A stretch of DNA of 64,000 nucleotides from Naegleria gruberi. Lineage: Eukaryota. The stretch is from the NCBI GenBank assembly GCA_000004985.1, contig GG738863.1. One strand, written 5' to 3'. The translations under genes were made by a program, and so were the position numbers. Below the pieces are notes generated by a model. The model had not been told where the DNA came from and did not search any database. It saw nothing but the letters and a program-made list of their open reading frames with translations. Of the stretch, positions 10,081-22,883 are shown piece after piece. Positions within the stretch are counted from its first letter, which is position 1, and each line of letters opens with the position of its first letter.

Positions 10081-12793
10081 TTATTCAAAACTGGACAAAT
10101 CCAAGTTCAGTTTTATCTGATGATTAGAATTTGTGAGTTTCAACTTTTCCAAAATAAAGTCCTTTCTCTTTGTACAGTCAATCATCCTTTGAATGATTTT
10201 TCCAAAAGCGTTGAATACTTTAGTGAACCTCTTTCCAATCAAATTAGCAGAATAAAGATCTAGAGAAAGCATTTCATGAAAGTAGATAAACTCTTGCACA
10301 TCGATTGGAATAGCTTTGAAAAAATCATTCTCAATCTCTTCAACTGCTTCCAAATGGGATCTCCACGACTTGGACAACCCAGTCAAGAGGAATGCAGGGA
10401 TATGAGGAAATAAGGGGCTTTTAGCTAAATTTGACAGATTAGCTGCTGACTGTTTTAAAGATCTTCCTCTAAATCCCAACTCTCTAAATATCAATAATCT
10501 GTAGGATGAGACACTGATTGAAATGAGTAAATTTCCTAGTAATCTTCCCCTTTCTGGAATATTCTTCTTTGAATGATAGGCATTATACTCCTGTTCAATG
10601 GCATTCACAAAATGTAAATAGTCGGGTACATTTTCTTGTGAAATTGGCTTTTTCAAAATATTATTCAAACTATCAGGAATTACACTCTGACTAGAACTGT
10701 ATCTATATCCTTCTATCAGTTTTCTTTGCATAAAGTTTGGAATATATTGTTCCTCATTATCAACATCCCCCAATGTTAGAAGAACGAGTTGATAACCTCT
10801 CTTAAGACACATTGTAGATTCATCAAGTTGAGTTTGCTGTGAGAGAAACTTTCCAGTCGTTTCCACCAATGAAGCAGCTTCATCATTCATATAGGATGCA
10901 GCTGCAAATGATCCTAGATAACAACATATGGCAGCAATCAAATAACTTGGAGGAGATGAATAGTTATAGTCCATACACAAGAGCTCTTTTCCTCTGTAAA
11001 ATGCCCTTACAGAATTGGTATTATTTCCTGCCCTCTGGAAGCAAAACGATTGAATGGAGTAGAGTAAACTTGTGTACTGATACATGGTTCCGTACGCTTC
11101 CTTATTTACAATAATCTTGTTGAAGACATCTCTTGTTATGATTGGCACGCCAGCACTGACCATTCCAAAAAAGAGTTCAATAGTTTGTTGTTGAAGAATA
11201 ACTGGCAGGAGAAGAGTATTTCTTTCAAATGTGGAATAAACGGCATCATCTATTACTTGTGGAATGGTACTGATTGAATCTCGTACATCATTGTTTGATC
11301 CATTATTTGGAGAATTGTAAGAGGCATTTTGAGGTTGTTGGTGACTGATAAAATCAGTCTGTTGTCTCTGAATTAACATTTGACTAATAATTGGCATTAT
11401 TATTCCTGCATTTCCATTTTGAACAATTAATCCAAGAAGAGTTTCAATTGTTTGTTGATCACAATTAGTAGTGAGTACACTTCTAATGGTATTGACAAGA
11501 CTCTCAACATCTAATTGTTGAATATTCTGCATTCCGCTCATTATTGAACTATTATCATTGAAATATTGTTGTCGGTATGGTGGTTGTTGATGATAAATAT
11601 TTTGTTGTTGCTGTTGATTAGTATTTACAAGCTCTGCTCCATTGTTGATTGGAGTGGGAATAAATGAAAACGGAGGAGCATTTGCAAATAATGAAGAATT
11701 AACTTCATTATTCGAAATGGGTTGAGTAGTGGAGGTATGTACAGATGGAGGAGGTTCAGGAGTTATTTCATTATTTGTAGTCGAAGAAGATTTCTTAGAT
11801 TTTCCCACCTTTCTCTTTTTCACAGATGTTAATTGGAAATTTTCATAAGAACCACTTCTTTTTCCATTTGATTCTTGAATTGGTGGTTGTTGAATGGAAA
11901 ATTGTTGAGATTCATTAACTGTGTGACTAGTGTCAAATTGTGAAAGGGTAATATTATATCCAGAATTCTTCTTTTTAAAACTGTCAATTCCCATTATTGT
12001 CATGGTGACACTCTTCCTCTTTGGATGTTTGTTTTTACTTCCAACAGTTCTTCCACGTTTTTTTGGTTCTGGATATTGACACACCTTTCCCCTTGCTTTA
12101 CATTCCAAACAAATAGGTAATTGTCTCCCACACTATTTTCATCAATTTAAATATCCTCCAATCAGAACTGAATTAACTTACCTTTTTGTGTCCTCTTCTG
12201 CACGCTGTACATGAGATTGGGAATAAATTTGCCTCTTCTGAAATACTATTTTCCTCCACGGCTTCCTCTTCTTCTTCATGATTGACCATCTTTTTATGAG
12301 GAGAAGCTCCACATGATTCCACAGACAAAGAACTCGTAGAACTATTATCCAAATTATTGTCATTTTCATTTCCGAAATGAAACATGTTTCTTCCATGTAC
12401 GCCAATGTCCTCTCCTTTTTCCAGTAATTCCTCTCGAAGAGAAATATCCAACAAATCATTGCCATATACTGATGAATTTTTAGATAGTTGCCTTGTTTGA
12501 TTATTCCTACATGAACTACTTTGATTGGATTGTGTTTTTTGCTTTATCATCTCATCCCGAGAAGAAATATTCACGGATGATGTATCATCCAAAAATACTT
12601 GTTGCATGCTTGAATGCTGAAAGTCACTCACAACTCGTTCATCCTTCTCTGCTCTTTCATGTTGATCTCCATCACCAACACATGATGTCTCCCCACACTC
12701 CTGGTGACTGTTATTTGGAGGTTGCATTGGCGGCATTTTTGTTTGCTTTGGTTTTGTGAGAAGCAACGTTCTCCAATTCATGTGTGCAAGCAT
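10081..12793 (-). CDS. Zn(II)2Cys6 binuclear-cluster transcription factor (fungal type) with Q/N-rich regions and a fungal transcription-factor middle homology region
   Basis: Structure is join(12182..12793, 10081..12132). A 49-nt GTAAGT...AG intron (12133-12181) splits the zinc cluster CTACRRGHKK|CGRQLPICLECKARGKVC, which is a perfect C-x2-C-x6-C-x6-C-x2-C-x6-C. The middle homology region sits downstream (LLLPVILQQQTIELFFG...). Stop is TAA. The true start codon is uncertain. Confidence 0.75.
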
Positions 12794-13413
12794 TCTGTGT
12801 TGGATTTCCTCACCAAGATATTTGATAAGATGCAGCAGTTGTTTTTTGATAGGGAAATATTGAGAGTGGAGGAGTCACGTGACTAAAAATATTAATTTTG
12901 GTAAGGATTTCTTTTAGGAGAGGAAAATTGGGAGCCTTATTTCTCCAGTAACCTATGGGTATGTTATCTTACAAATGCGATAGAGCGTGAATACCCTAAT
13001 AACTATGATAGGACTTCCTATTAAACATCTGAAGAGTCAAATTTCAAATGCCAAGTAGTTCTCCCTTCTTTTCAGATGCATTTAGTGACTAATAAATGTT
13101 TTGAAATAGTTTGTAATCTTCCTCTTTCATTATTTACCTTTTATTATCATTGTCACGATTTTAATATCGCAATTAAAACTTGCTTGTTTTTTGTCCATGC
13201 CAACAGTCAAAAAGTCCATTCATAAGGTCAATTGTACGCTCAAAGATGAATGTATAAATTATTTTGTGCTCATATCTGAGCTTCAGAGTTACTGTAGTAT
13301 CTAAATTAGATTACAACAAAGACTTTATCTTCTATGATGCTATGAATACACCAGTGCAATAAACTGCTCATAATCCAACATACAAAGTCGTTGATTACAA
13401 AGTGAGCAGTCTA

Positions 13414-13425
13414 TTGGCGCAAAAA
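13414..13425. promoter_or_regulatory. E2F-like motif TTGGCGCAAAAA about 30 nt upstream of the DNAAF1-like ATG
   Basis: GC-rich motif in an AT-rich 5' region. It recurs at several promoters in this window. Confidence 0.2.
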
Positions 13426-13451
13426 TATCACTACAACTTGGGAACAGGTAG

Positions 13452-14809
13452 TTGAATTATCATCTAAAAAAAATGCTCTCCTTCTTCTCTAGGGCTCGAT
13501 CTCTCTCATCCTCAACAGAAAATAATGAAGAATCAACAACGTCTAATACAAAATCAAGTAAAATAATCATTGAGGAGATTGATTCTGAAACTGAAATAAC
13601 AACCACACCAACAACCCCACAACCTACAACAGAAACAGAAACAAGAGAAGATCCATCCCAAACTTCTCCCTCAAGCGCCGAAAAAAGGTACCACACTCCA
13701 AGAATAACTGTAGATGTTATCAGGGACTTGTGCTCTCGCCAAAGTTTGTTCCAAACACCCTATTTGAATGATAAACTCTTCCTTCATCACCGAGGCTTCA
13801 GAGTCATTGAAAATTTAGAATTATACACTGAACTGAAAGCTTTATGGCTTGAGGGTAATGCCATCACTAAAATTGAAAACCTTGGCCACTTGGATAAGCT
13901 CAGATGTTTGTATCTCAACCAGAATCTCATCACTACAATTGAAAATTTGGAAAATTTAGTGAATTTGCAAACATTGAACCTCTCCAGTAACAGAATTACT
14001 GTTGTAGAAAATTTGGAATGTTGCCCTCAATTGGAGACTTTNNNNNNNNNNNNNNNNNNNNNNNNNNNNNNNNNNNNNNNNNNNNNNNNNNNNNNNNNNN
14101 NNNNNNNNNNNNNNNNNNNNNNNNNNNNNNNNNNNNNNNNNNNNNNNNNNNNNNNNNNNNNNNNNNNNNNNNNNNNNNNNNNNNNNNNNNNNNNNNNNNN
14201 NNNNNNNNNNNNNNNNNNNNNNNNNNNNNNNNNNNNNNNNNNNNNNNNNNNNNNNNNNNNNNNNNNNNNNNNNNNNNNNNNNNNNNNNNNNNNNNNNNNN
14301 NNNNNNNNNNNNNNNNNNNNNNNNNNNNNNNNNNNNNNNNNNNNNNNNNNNNNNNNNNNNNNNNNNNNNNNNNNNNNNNNNNNNNNNNNNNNNNNNNNNN
14401 NNNNNNNNNNNNNNNNNNNNNNNNNNNNNNNNNNNNNNNNNNNNNNNNNNNNNNNNNNNNNNNNNNNNNNNNNNNNNNNNNNNNNNNNNNNNNNNNNNNN
14501 NNNNNNNNNNNNNNNNNNNNNNNNNNNNNNNNNNNNNNNNNNNNNNNNNNNNNNNNNNNNNNNNNNNNNNNNNNNNNNNNNNNNNNNNNNNNNNNNNNNN
14601 NNNNNNNNNNNNNNNNNNNNNNNNNGGCAACTCTCACATTCGAACATGCTGGTGAAGAAAAATCAATGATTGTCGATGTAAACCTATACAATTCCGAAGT
14701 TTGCAGAAAGGAATATGCCAGACTGTATCAAAATAATCAAGACAAACCATCAAAAACCCAACTCTACTCTCCTCACATCGTTTCACTGTGGCTTAGAGAA
14801 TTGAAATAA
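13452..14809 (+). CDS. DNAAF1/LRRC50/ODA7-like axonemal dynein assembly factor (LRR), interrupted by a gap
   Basis: FQTPYLNDKLFLHHRGFRVIENLELYTELKALWLEGNAITKIENL...LRCLYLNQNLITTIENL...LNLSSNRITVVENL. This closely parallels the DNAAF1 N-terminal LRR block. The C-terminal part resumes after gap 14042-14625 and ends with TAA at 14809. Confidence 0.6.
14042..14625. other. assembly gap (N run)
   Basis: 584 N. Confidence 1.
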
Positions 14810-14872
14810 AAACCGTTGCCGCTTTTTTTTCAAAAAGCTAACCGTTTAGTTTAATTTAATCACAAAAAAAAG

Positions 14873-16367
14873 ATGCAACAACACTACTCTTTCAACCAAC
14901 AACAAGTTCTGCATCACAATTCTTTTCACAATAATTTCACCACAGGTGTTGCCCAACAGCAACAACAACGAATGTACCAGAACCTTGTACCAGAACAACA
15001 AACACCATTCCAAGCCGATCCATCATCACTCCACAATATTCTCTACTCTCAACCACCAACAACAACAACAACAATACATTCCCGGAGGAACAACTAGCAA
15101 TTCCAAGACACCAAACAAGACTACCAATGGTTATCAATCCTACTTTTCCCAACAACAACAGCAGCAACAACAAAATACTTCCTTCAGCAATAAGGAAAAT
15201 ATTGATATCAATGCCATGATCATGATGTACAGTAGTAATCAACCAAAAACTCCAGGCAGAAACAACTCCTTCCAACAAGCTAACAATGATGGTATGAATA
15301 TTTGTAACTCGACTGGAAAATCCACATCCATCACACCTGGTAAGTCATTGAGAAAGGAATCATTGTGTAGAACTGGTGAGAAGAAATTCTTGGCCTCTCC
15401 TAAACGACCAACCCCTAAACAATTACGTAATGCACAAGCTTATTCAAATAATAATAATAATAGCGGCCTTACAAGCAGTTTGAATACCAGTTACAATGCA
15501 TCATCAAGCATGTTAAACAGTAGCATGATAAGTGGTGGAAACAGTATTAATAGCAATAGATCATCCATGCACCACCATCATCATCAAAATAATACAATGA
15601 ATAGGTCCACAATTAGTAGTTCCAACACCACCAACTCCTCCTCTAGTAGAATCTCCTCAAACCATTCCAATACAACTAAATCTACTACTGTTGGTAGTCA
15701 AAAAAGAACTAATTCAGTCAGAAGAAACAATGGTAAAACACCTACAACTCAACACAGGAACTTATCTCAGCAACAAAAAAAGAGCGCCAAGAAGGCCACA
15801 AACTTGAGTTCAGACATGAATAATTTCCTTACCTGCACCACCTCCTCAACTACCTTATTTGATGACGATGATACATTAATGGGAAATTCAAACAATGGTT
15901 GTGAAATTACCAATTATTTGAATAATCAACTTCATAAGTATTCAAAGAATGAATTGAGGAATATTCTCCAAAACTATCTAAAGAAAATGGATGATGTATC
16001 AAACAGTAGTAGTTTTTTACAAAGTACCTCCTCCTCTAGCAGCAGTAATTCTGGAGTGAGTTGCCAATTTCCAACGTCCAACCCTTATCAAGACATGAAC
16101 CTCCTCAATACATCCCTGAACAGTAGTAGTGGGCAATCAATCGTGGGTTCGTCCACCTCTAATATTCCAACAACAGTTGTTGGTGGATCCACCAATCTTA
16201 ATAGCAGTGGCTTCCAAACAATGCATACTGCAACTGCTCCTCAACACCAGCAAAATAATCCTAGATCCTCAATCTATCAAAGGTATGAACCTAGTGATCT
16301 GATCAAGAAGTTATTGATGGAAGAAGAATCCAGATCAAGATACTCCCAGAATGCGTACAGAAAATAG
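14873..16367 (+). CDS. Q/N/S-rich low-complexity nuclear-type protein (polyQ, polyN, polyH, poly-S)
   Basis: The ATG at 14873 (aaaagATGc) opens frame A, which closes at 15097. A frame shifted by +1 continues from the (CAA)n tract near 15050 to the TAG at 16367. The join is either an unrecognised intron or a repeat-length indel. Confidence 0.4.
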
Positions 16368-16755
16368 ATAATCAAGTTTATCCTATACTGAAAGTACGTT
16401 AGTAGCAATTGATCAACTTATAACTGATAATATTTGTAAATGCTTAATAAAATGAATCCCATTCGTATTGACTATAAAGTAGAATGATGTGCTCGTATTG
16501 ACTCTGAATGGGCCTAGGCAACGAACACCTGTTTCCTGTAGTCTCCTTATTCAGTCCAAATACGATGAATAAGGCAAATATTTTCAGAGTAAGGTATGGC
16601 ATTCTGTCACTTCGCGTTTAATAATACGCCTATTCTTGATCAATTACTGTGCTTCTTCATCCTTAATTGCTTAAAAAGCACACCTTAGCAAGTACAACAG
16701 TCACAACACTACACAAAAAAACAACTCAACACAATCCACAAATCCTCCTCTCAAG

Positions 16756-17475
16756 ATGCCAGCTCCATCAATAACCGAAGAAGAACATTTTAACATATGG
16801 AAGCAATTAAAGACCAACCACCTCGATAGATATCAACTCCAACGCATGGACTCGAGGGATGATTTGGACTCACAAGTCACAGATCAGAGAAGAGTCTCTC
16901 TTCCTGGTGCTTATGCTCAAGTGCAACCATCTACATCATCCAATAATAGAAGACTGTCAATAGTGCAGGATCCTTTCTCTACTGATATAACCAGTTTTTT
17001 CAACGCCAATCACAAACAAGCCACAGCAGGTAGAAGGTATTCAGTTGCTGCCTCACAGATAAACTCTAGCTCACTTTATCCTGGGTATGATCTTTCATCA
17101 GTTTATAATTTAAAGAAAGATGTTGAAAACACTAGAAGAGACGTTGTGATAAAGGACGAGGGTATCATTCTCTATGGTGACTTGAAGAAGAAGAAACTCT
17201 TAGACTCTCTCACATGGCAAGTTCCAGTCTATGAAGAAATAATCATTGAAAGAATAACAGGACATGGAAAACTCTACTATTGTAATTACTCTTCATCAGA
17301 TAAGCTTAAGAAGATTTACGATAGCGCCTCAATATCTCAGGAGGATGGCTCTCTAACTTGCAACACCAAATTCCTCCAATTACACAACAGTTCAACCTAC
17401 TTTTTCAAATTTGTAAAATATAGTCCTCAAGATACCATCACCTTCTCCTTTAGAAACAAATCTGTAGGACTTTAA
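16756..17475 (+). CDS. hypothetical protein
   Basis: 239-aa ORF. ATG is in A-rich context. Stop is TAA. No recognisable domain. Confidence 0.4.
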   Translation: MPAPSITEEEHFNIWKQLKTNHLDRYQLQRMDSRDDLDSQVTDQRRVSLPGAYAQVQPSTSSNNRRLSIVQDPFSTDITSFFNANHKQATAGRRYSVAASQINSSSLYPGYDLSSVYNLKKDVENTRRDVVIKDEGIILYGDLKKKKLLDSLTWQVPVYEEIIIERITGHGKLYYCNYSSSDKLKKIYDSASISQEDGSLTCNTKFLQLHNSSTYFFKFVKYSPQDTITFSFRNKSVGL

Positions 17476-17617
17476 ACAGCACTACAAAATTCCAAGCGAA
17501 AAAAGTGACTTCGCTATTATCGTAGAAATAAAGTTTGAATGTGAGCAATCTCTGAGTGGGAGATTCATCTAATCGTAAATAACAGTAAAACCATGACCTT
17601 AATTGAAATTGACTTAT

Positions 17618-18447
17618 TTATTTTCTTCTTTTGCTCTTCTTCGCCAATTGAGTGGAACTTCCACTCAATTTGTAAAGCAAGAAGGAATCGTGTTTATCTT
17701 TGAAACAATATCTATGCATTGGACCACATACGCTACAACCAGTAGAGGCACTATTCCTCACCTTCTCAAGTTTATGACAAACAACACAATGAGCAACTCT
17801 ACCAGAATAGCCCAGTTCACGAACCGTAATTAATTTGTGTGCTGAGGCAAGTTTGATTGGTGACAACTGTAAACAAAGTTGATCCACAAAATCATTCTTT
17901 GTAATGGATGATTTTTTAGCCAATTTGAAGGCGACGAATGCATTATGAATCATCATACTAAAATACCAATACAATAAACCAATTCTCCAACGATACTTTC
18001 GGTAAGGGAATTTAGTTTGGAGGCGGAATTATTAACTTGGTCAATATGACCTGCTTCACTGAAATATCTATTAACAAGAGTGGGAACAACTTTACCTTGA
18101 AGAGTGAAATCCGTTGTTTCCAAATTATCCATTTTCTCTTGACGAATGACAAGGTTTCCATTTTCGAAATCTATTGGAATAGTTGTCAAAAAATTCAAAA
18201 TCTTACCCTCATTATTCTTAATACAAAATACACCAAATNNNNNNNNNNNNNNNNNNNNNNNNNNNNNNNNNNNNNNNNNNNNNNNNNNNNNNNNNNNNNN
18301 NNNNNNNNNNNNNNNNNNNNNNNNNNNNNNNNNNNNNNNNNNNNNNNNNNNNNNNNNNNNNNNNNNNNNNNNNNNNNNNNNNNNNNNNNNNNNNNNNNNN
18401 NNNNNNNNNNNNNNNNNNNNNNNNNNNNNNNNNNNNNNTTTCGACAA
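17618..18447 (-). mobile_element. piggyBac-type transposase-derived sequence (fragmentary or pseudogenised)
   Basis: The C-terminal cysteine-rich domain HCVVCHKLEKVRNSASTGCSVCGPMHRYCFKDKHD (C-x2-C...C-x2-C...CF..KH) follows WYFSMMIHNAFVAFKLA. Both are characteristic of the piggyBac C-terminus. The upstream ORF 17953..18447 holds further transposase-like sequence and is out of frame by one nucleotide, with a 22-nt overlap. The locus is interrupted by gap 18239-18437. Confidence 0.4.
18239..18437. other. assembly gap (N run)
   Basis: 199 N. Confidence 1.
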
Positions 18448-18893
18448 TCAGGAAATTGAACTTCCCAAAGAATGTAAAAAGAGAATAGTCACTTGGGAAA
18501 ATCAAGCTAGACAAATCATACGTGAAGCCAAAAAATATGAGCAAACTGGCTCACTAAGTTCATTCAATTCCTACAGGATTGTGATGAAAAAATAAATGTA
18601 CTTTACAATGAAACTCTTCAATTCAACAACATTAGCTCAATGTTATTCTCATCAAGATTTATCTGAGAGAAAATCTCAAGTTAGTAACAAATGGAATAAA
18701 TGCGCACGTACAAACTTTCCTTACCGATAGAAAAATCGAAATGCTTCGGGTTTGCAAATTGCAAAAAACCAAATAAATAGAATGAACATGTCGAGTGATG
18801 AAAGAAAAACACAAAAAAAAAATCGATAAGCATCAATCTCTATCGGATCAATAGATTAAATCAAACCCTAATTAAATCATAGTTAATAGAAAA

Positions 18894-19703
18894 ATGTCTG
18901 CTAGAGCTCCTTCATTGTTTGTTTGCCATGGTGGTGGTCCTCTTCCAGTGCTTGGTGACAAATCACATTCATCTCTTATTGAATTCTTCACTACAAAAGC
19001 ACAGCAAATCTTCACTCCGAAACCAAAAGCCATCGTGATGGTGACTGCTCACTGGGAAGAGTCACAACCATTCATTTCATCAGGTGCTAAACATGATTTA
19101 TTATATGATTATTATGGATTTCCATCAGAATCTTATAAGATTCAGTATAAAGCAAGTGGTTCACCACAAGTTGCTCAACAAGTTGCTGATCTATTAAGAA
19201 AGGCAGGGTTTTCACCAGAAATGGATTCAAAGAGAGGATGGGATCACGGCACTTTTATTCCATTGAAAATGATGTTGCCAGAAGCAGATATTCCAATTGT
19301 CCAAGTGTCAGTATTATCATCACAAGATGCTGCAGCTCACTACAAAATGGGAAGAGCTTTGGAATCACTTCGTGATGAGGGAGTTGCAATTGTTGGAAGT
19401 GGAATGATCCCTCACAATTTCTCATACATTAGAAAATTCATGGCTGGAGGTAGTTCAAAACCTTGGGGAGTTGCATTCGATGCAGCTCTCACTGAAGCAT
19501 GTGCAATTGAGGACGTGGAAGAGAGAGAAGCCAAGCTTTTACAATGGAAGACAATGCCAGGTCGAGAGGAATGTCAAGCACTTGGAGCTGCTGAACATTT
19601 AATGCCATTATTTGTTGTGGCTGGTGCTGGAGGCTTTGGTAAGGGAAAGAAGGTTGATGCTTCTCCATTGATGGGCTCAGTTGCATCTTCATTCCTGTGG
19701 TAA
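18894..19703 (+). CDS. LigB-family class III extradiol ring-cleavage dioxygenase (DOPA 4,5-dioxygenase / YgiD-like)
   Basis: Single-exon 269-aa ORF with CHGGGP near the N-terminus, HWEE, and His/Asp-rich conserved blocks. Stop is TAA. Confidence 0.7.
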   Translation: MSARAPSLFVCHGGGPLPVLGDKSHSSLIEFFTTKAQQIFTPKPKAIVMVTAHWEESQPFISSGAKHDLLYDYYGFPSESYKIQYKASGSPQVAQQVADLLRKAGFSPEMDSKRGWDHGTFIPLKMMLPEADIPIVQVSVLSSQDAAAHYKMGRALESLRDEGVAIVGSGMIPHNFSYIRKFMAGGSSKPWGVAFDAALTEACAIEDVEEREAKLLQWKTMPGREECQALGAAEHLMPLFVVAGAGGFGKGKKVDASPLMGSVASSFLW

Positions 19704-20179
19704 AATTGTTTCCTCTCCTTTTTGTACATAAACTCAGTCCAATAAATCATTTATTCAACCATGTATTGTCAGCTCTGTATATGAATTAATTGCATTCTTA
19801 AAGACTATAATGGTAACAAACAAAAGCTTAATTCTTATGAAAATGTTATCAACCCAATCTGCTAAATGCGGTGATATGTTGTTTGTTGAGGAGAAAATAT
19901 GATTATAATTATATGAAAATGACCTCCCAACCAAAATGGTAATTGGTATTCGATAAAGCAGTAACATTCTCGGCCTTGCATGAAGTAATGGCACATCTTT
20001 TTGTTATTATCCTCTGAATTCAGAACCGGCTTTCCTAATTATTTCCTCTACTCATGAAACATCATAGATTTACGCATAAAAAATCGTTTGTCCTACATTG
20101 ACATGTCAATGGTTAATAAACAAAGTTTCGAATAATATCTCCAGTGCTTATTGGATTTTTATCTATCTAACATTAAAAA

Positions 20180-21472
20180 ATGTCTTTAGATTCAACAAGA
20201 CTCTTTCGTTCATTATCACTGTACAGTATTTCTCCAGTAGTGGTCATTCAAAAAATCGATCCAGAACAATTGGCAAACAGTACTCATGAACAGTTGGCCA
20301 AATTTTTTCCTCAGATGGAAGAAAATATTCCCTCACTGGTCAATTCAGGTATTTTCTTAGTTTCCTATCTGATTGTGATGGTGATTATGGGAGTGATTGT
20401 GGCTAGATATTGGAAAGAAATGAAAAGGAATCAGAAAGTAATTTACTTTGCTGTTTTTTGGTGTATTCTGCAACAATCGTTCGGTTTAATCATGAGAACG
20501 AGTTTTAATTCATTAGCTTTGTGGATGAATCAATTTAGTGACTATACGAAAGTGGAAAACATGTCAGAGAAATTGATTACACTCGCTGTACTGTCACTGT
20601 TAGAGAGTTTGGCTGTTTATGGGCAGGGAATGACAGTTGTAATCGTAGTTGGGTTGATTTTGAATATGTTGTAAGTTTTTATTATTCAAGTTTCAATTGT
20701 TCGAATTCGAATATTGTTTAGTATGGATACCATTAGAAACGCTGGAGGATTTACTTCGAAAACTTATCTCACTATGAAGTATATTCTCAATGCCCTGATT
20801 GGGATTAGTGCATTCATTATTGGAATTTGTATCTTGTTGAATATTGGTATTGAACTGGCTGAGAAACTTGTCGGCATTGATGTGGAGGTATTACCAATCC
20901 TTGTGGTTATATTTCTTACATTTATTGTAATCTTAGTATTGGAGAGTATTGTTTTTATTGGAATGGGTATCAAACTCTTTAAAATTATCAAGAGATCTCA
21001 TCACGTCACTCAATTGAATAAGCAACTTCACTTTCTTCAAAAACCTGAAACGAAAATTATGGGTCTAATGATTGGAATGTTATTGAGTGCCTACATGCAA
21101 ATATTGGCAGCTATTGTCTCTGTCATTACAGGAGAGGTTGCATCATATCTTCACGTAATTGATTACTTTTTACAAGCAAGTGGAATTCTCCTCTTTTCAA
21201 TCTTTGTACTCCTAGTTCACAATCCATTGCTTTCATTTAATTTGGATAAGAGTGCAAAACAACAACAAGATATTCCACTCTCACAAATGTCCTCCTCAGA
21301 CAAGCACAGGCAAACACCTCGAAGACAATCTCAACATTACTCTCCCAAACAAGTAGTGGCCATTTCAAAGGATGATTTCAAAGAAGAGAATCCAAGTGTT
21401 GTAGAAGAGCTCCCATCACCATCACCATCATCAACAACTGAACAACCACAACAACCAAGTGATCAAGTTTAA
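20180..21472 (+). CDS. seven-transmembrane (GPCR-like) membrane protein with a S/P/Q-rich C-tail
   Basis: Structure is join(20180..20670, 20722..21472). A 51-nt GTAAGT...TTTAG intron joins the two ORF-track pieces in frame. There are seven predicted hydrophobic helices. Stop is TAA. Confidence 0.6.
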
Positions 21473-21972
21473 TTGTAGTATCAATTATAGTTGGACCAAG
21501 TTTTGGATGGCCAAGACAGAAAGTCTTCAAATTGAATTGAAGCAGATCATTAGCCATGCAAAACGTGAAAATGCTACAGAAGTGAAAATCAAAAAGAGTG
21601 TTGAACAAAGTATAAAATTTATGTTGTAAAACAAGAATTCACATAGTTCAACAAAAAAACTTGTTTGCGATAATTTTGGCCCAATTTGCTTTTTTTAAAA
21701 GAAATCAAAAAGAATAACATCACACAAATCTTTAGGTTGCATGTTAATCGAAAGGAAACATTAAATTACCAATTCAATTGCACAACCACTACTTGCATTA
21801 ATCCCACTTATATCAGTCCTATCCTCATAGTCAGTCCCTATTCAATAATAGATCTTGATTTGAATATTAATAGGTTATCAAAAAAAGAGCATCACCACAG
21901 AGATTCAAACAATTTAATTCCTTTTCTCATATTGCTACTGCTGCAAGACTACTTCAACAACGTAGAATAATA

Positions 21973-22883
21973 ATGCGAAGAATTCCAAGAACACCTTCTT
22001 CATCATCGAATAATAATCAACACAATTTACCAGTGATTGTTATTGATGATTCCACTGATGAGGATACAAGTATTTTACTTCCAGAAACTCCACCAAGAAG
22101 AGTTGTCGAACAACAGCAACGACAACGGGAAAATCTACCTATTGCTGTCTCTGATGATGAAACAACTCTGAATCCCTTCTCTCCAGGAGGTTCACCTTTA
22201 TATGCACCTTCTTCACCACAACTTCCTCTCAATTCTTTGGATTGGTCAGATTCAGAAGACTCCTCCGAATATGAATCATCATCTGATGAAGATGAAACAC
22301 CAAACCACAATAATATTGATGACTTTCTTGATAGATTAACAAGAGAAGAAGAAAGAGAAAGAGTCACCACTCACCAAACTCACCCACCAGTTGTACAATA
22401 CCCTTCAGTAGTGAATAGTAATAATAATTATAATAATTATAATTATTTACAATCACGACTGATCAATAATACTAACAGTAATAATAATATCAACTTGACT
22501 CTTCCCTTCGTGAATAACAATAATAATAGTAGTAATAATAGTAGTAACAGTAGTAGTAGTAATAATAATTCTAACAGAAATCTATTGCATCAACATAGAT
22601 TGCAGTCAACATCAGCAATAGCAGCAAGAATTCCAATTCAAGCATCCCGTAGATTTATAACTCCAACTACTTCTTCTACAAACAGAAATACACCTTTCGC
22701 ATCAGCATCTAATCATGCAAATCATCACCATCATCAACATCTTTTCACTAATAGAAATAATATCATAGGAATTCAAAGAAACAATGACCACCATGATACA
22801 CCATTTGAAAGAATGGTTGAAGAACATATTTTAGCCCAAGTTATTGCACGAACCCAACGTCACCAAGTGGGAGGAGCTATCCA
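21973..22883 (+). CDS. 5' part of an N/S/H-rich low-complexity protein, truncated by the assembly gap
   Basis: ATG at 21973 with open frame into the gap. PolyN and polyS runs. Its relationship to the post-gap gene is unknown. Confidence 0.35.

Noticed and set aside
16544-16571. 8-bp inverted repeat CTTATTCA...TGAATAAG (12-nt loop) downstream of gene 14873-16367; considered as a snoRNA or structured element
   Set aside because: It is short, with no C/D or H/ACA boxes recognisable. This is expected by chance in AT-rich spacer.
18820-18835. CCCTAATTAA near the piggyBac relic as a possible TIR/TTAA target, or a telomere-like TTAGGG unit
   Set aside because: The orientation does not match the piggyBac terminal TTAA-CCC arrangement. 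Only a single copy is present.
18894-19703. LigB-type dioxygenase as a recent bacterial horizontal transfer
   Set aside because: Its base composition and codon usage match neighbouring host genes. DODA/YgiD-like genes are widespread in fungi and other eukaryotes. Nothing in the sequence singles it out.
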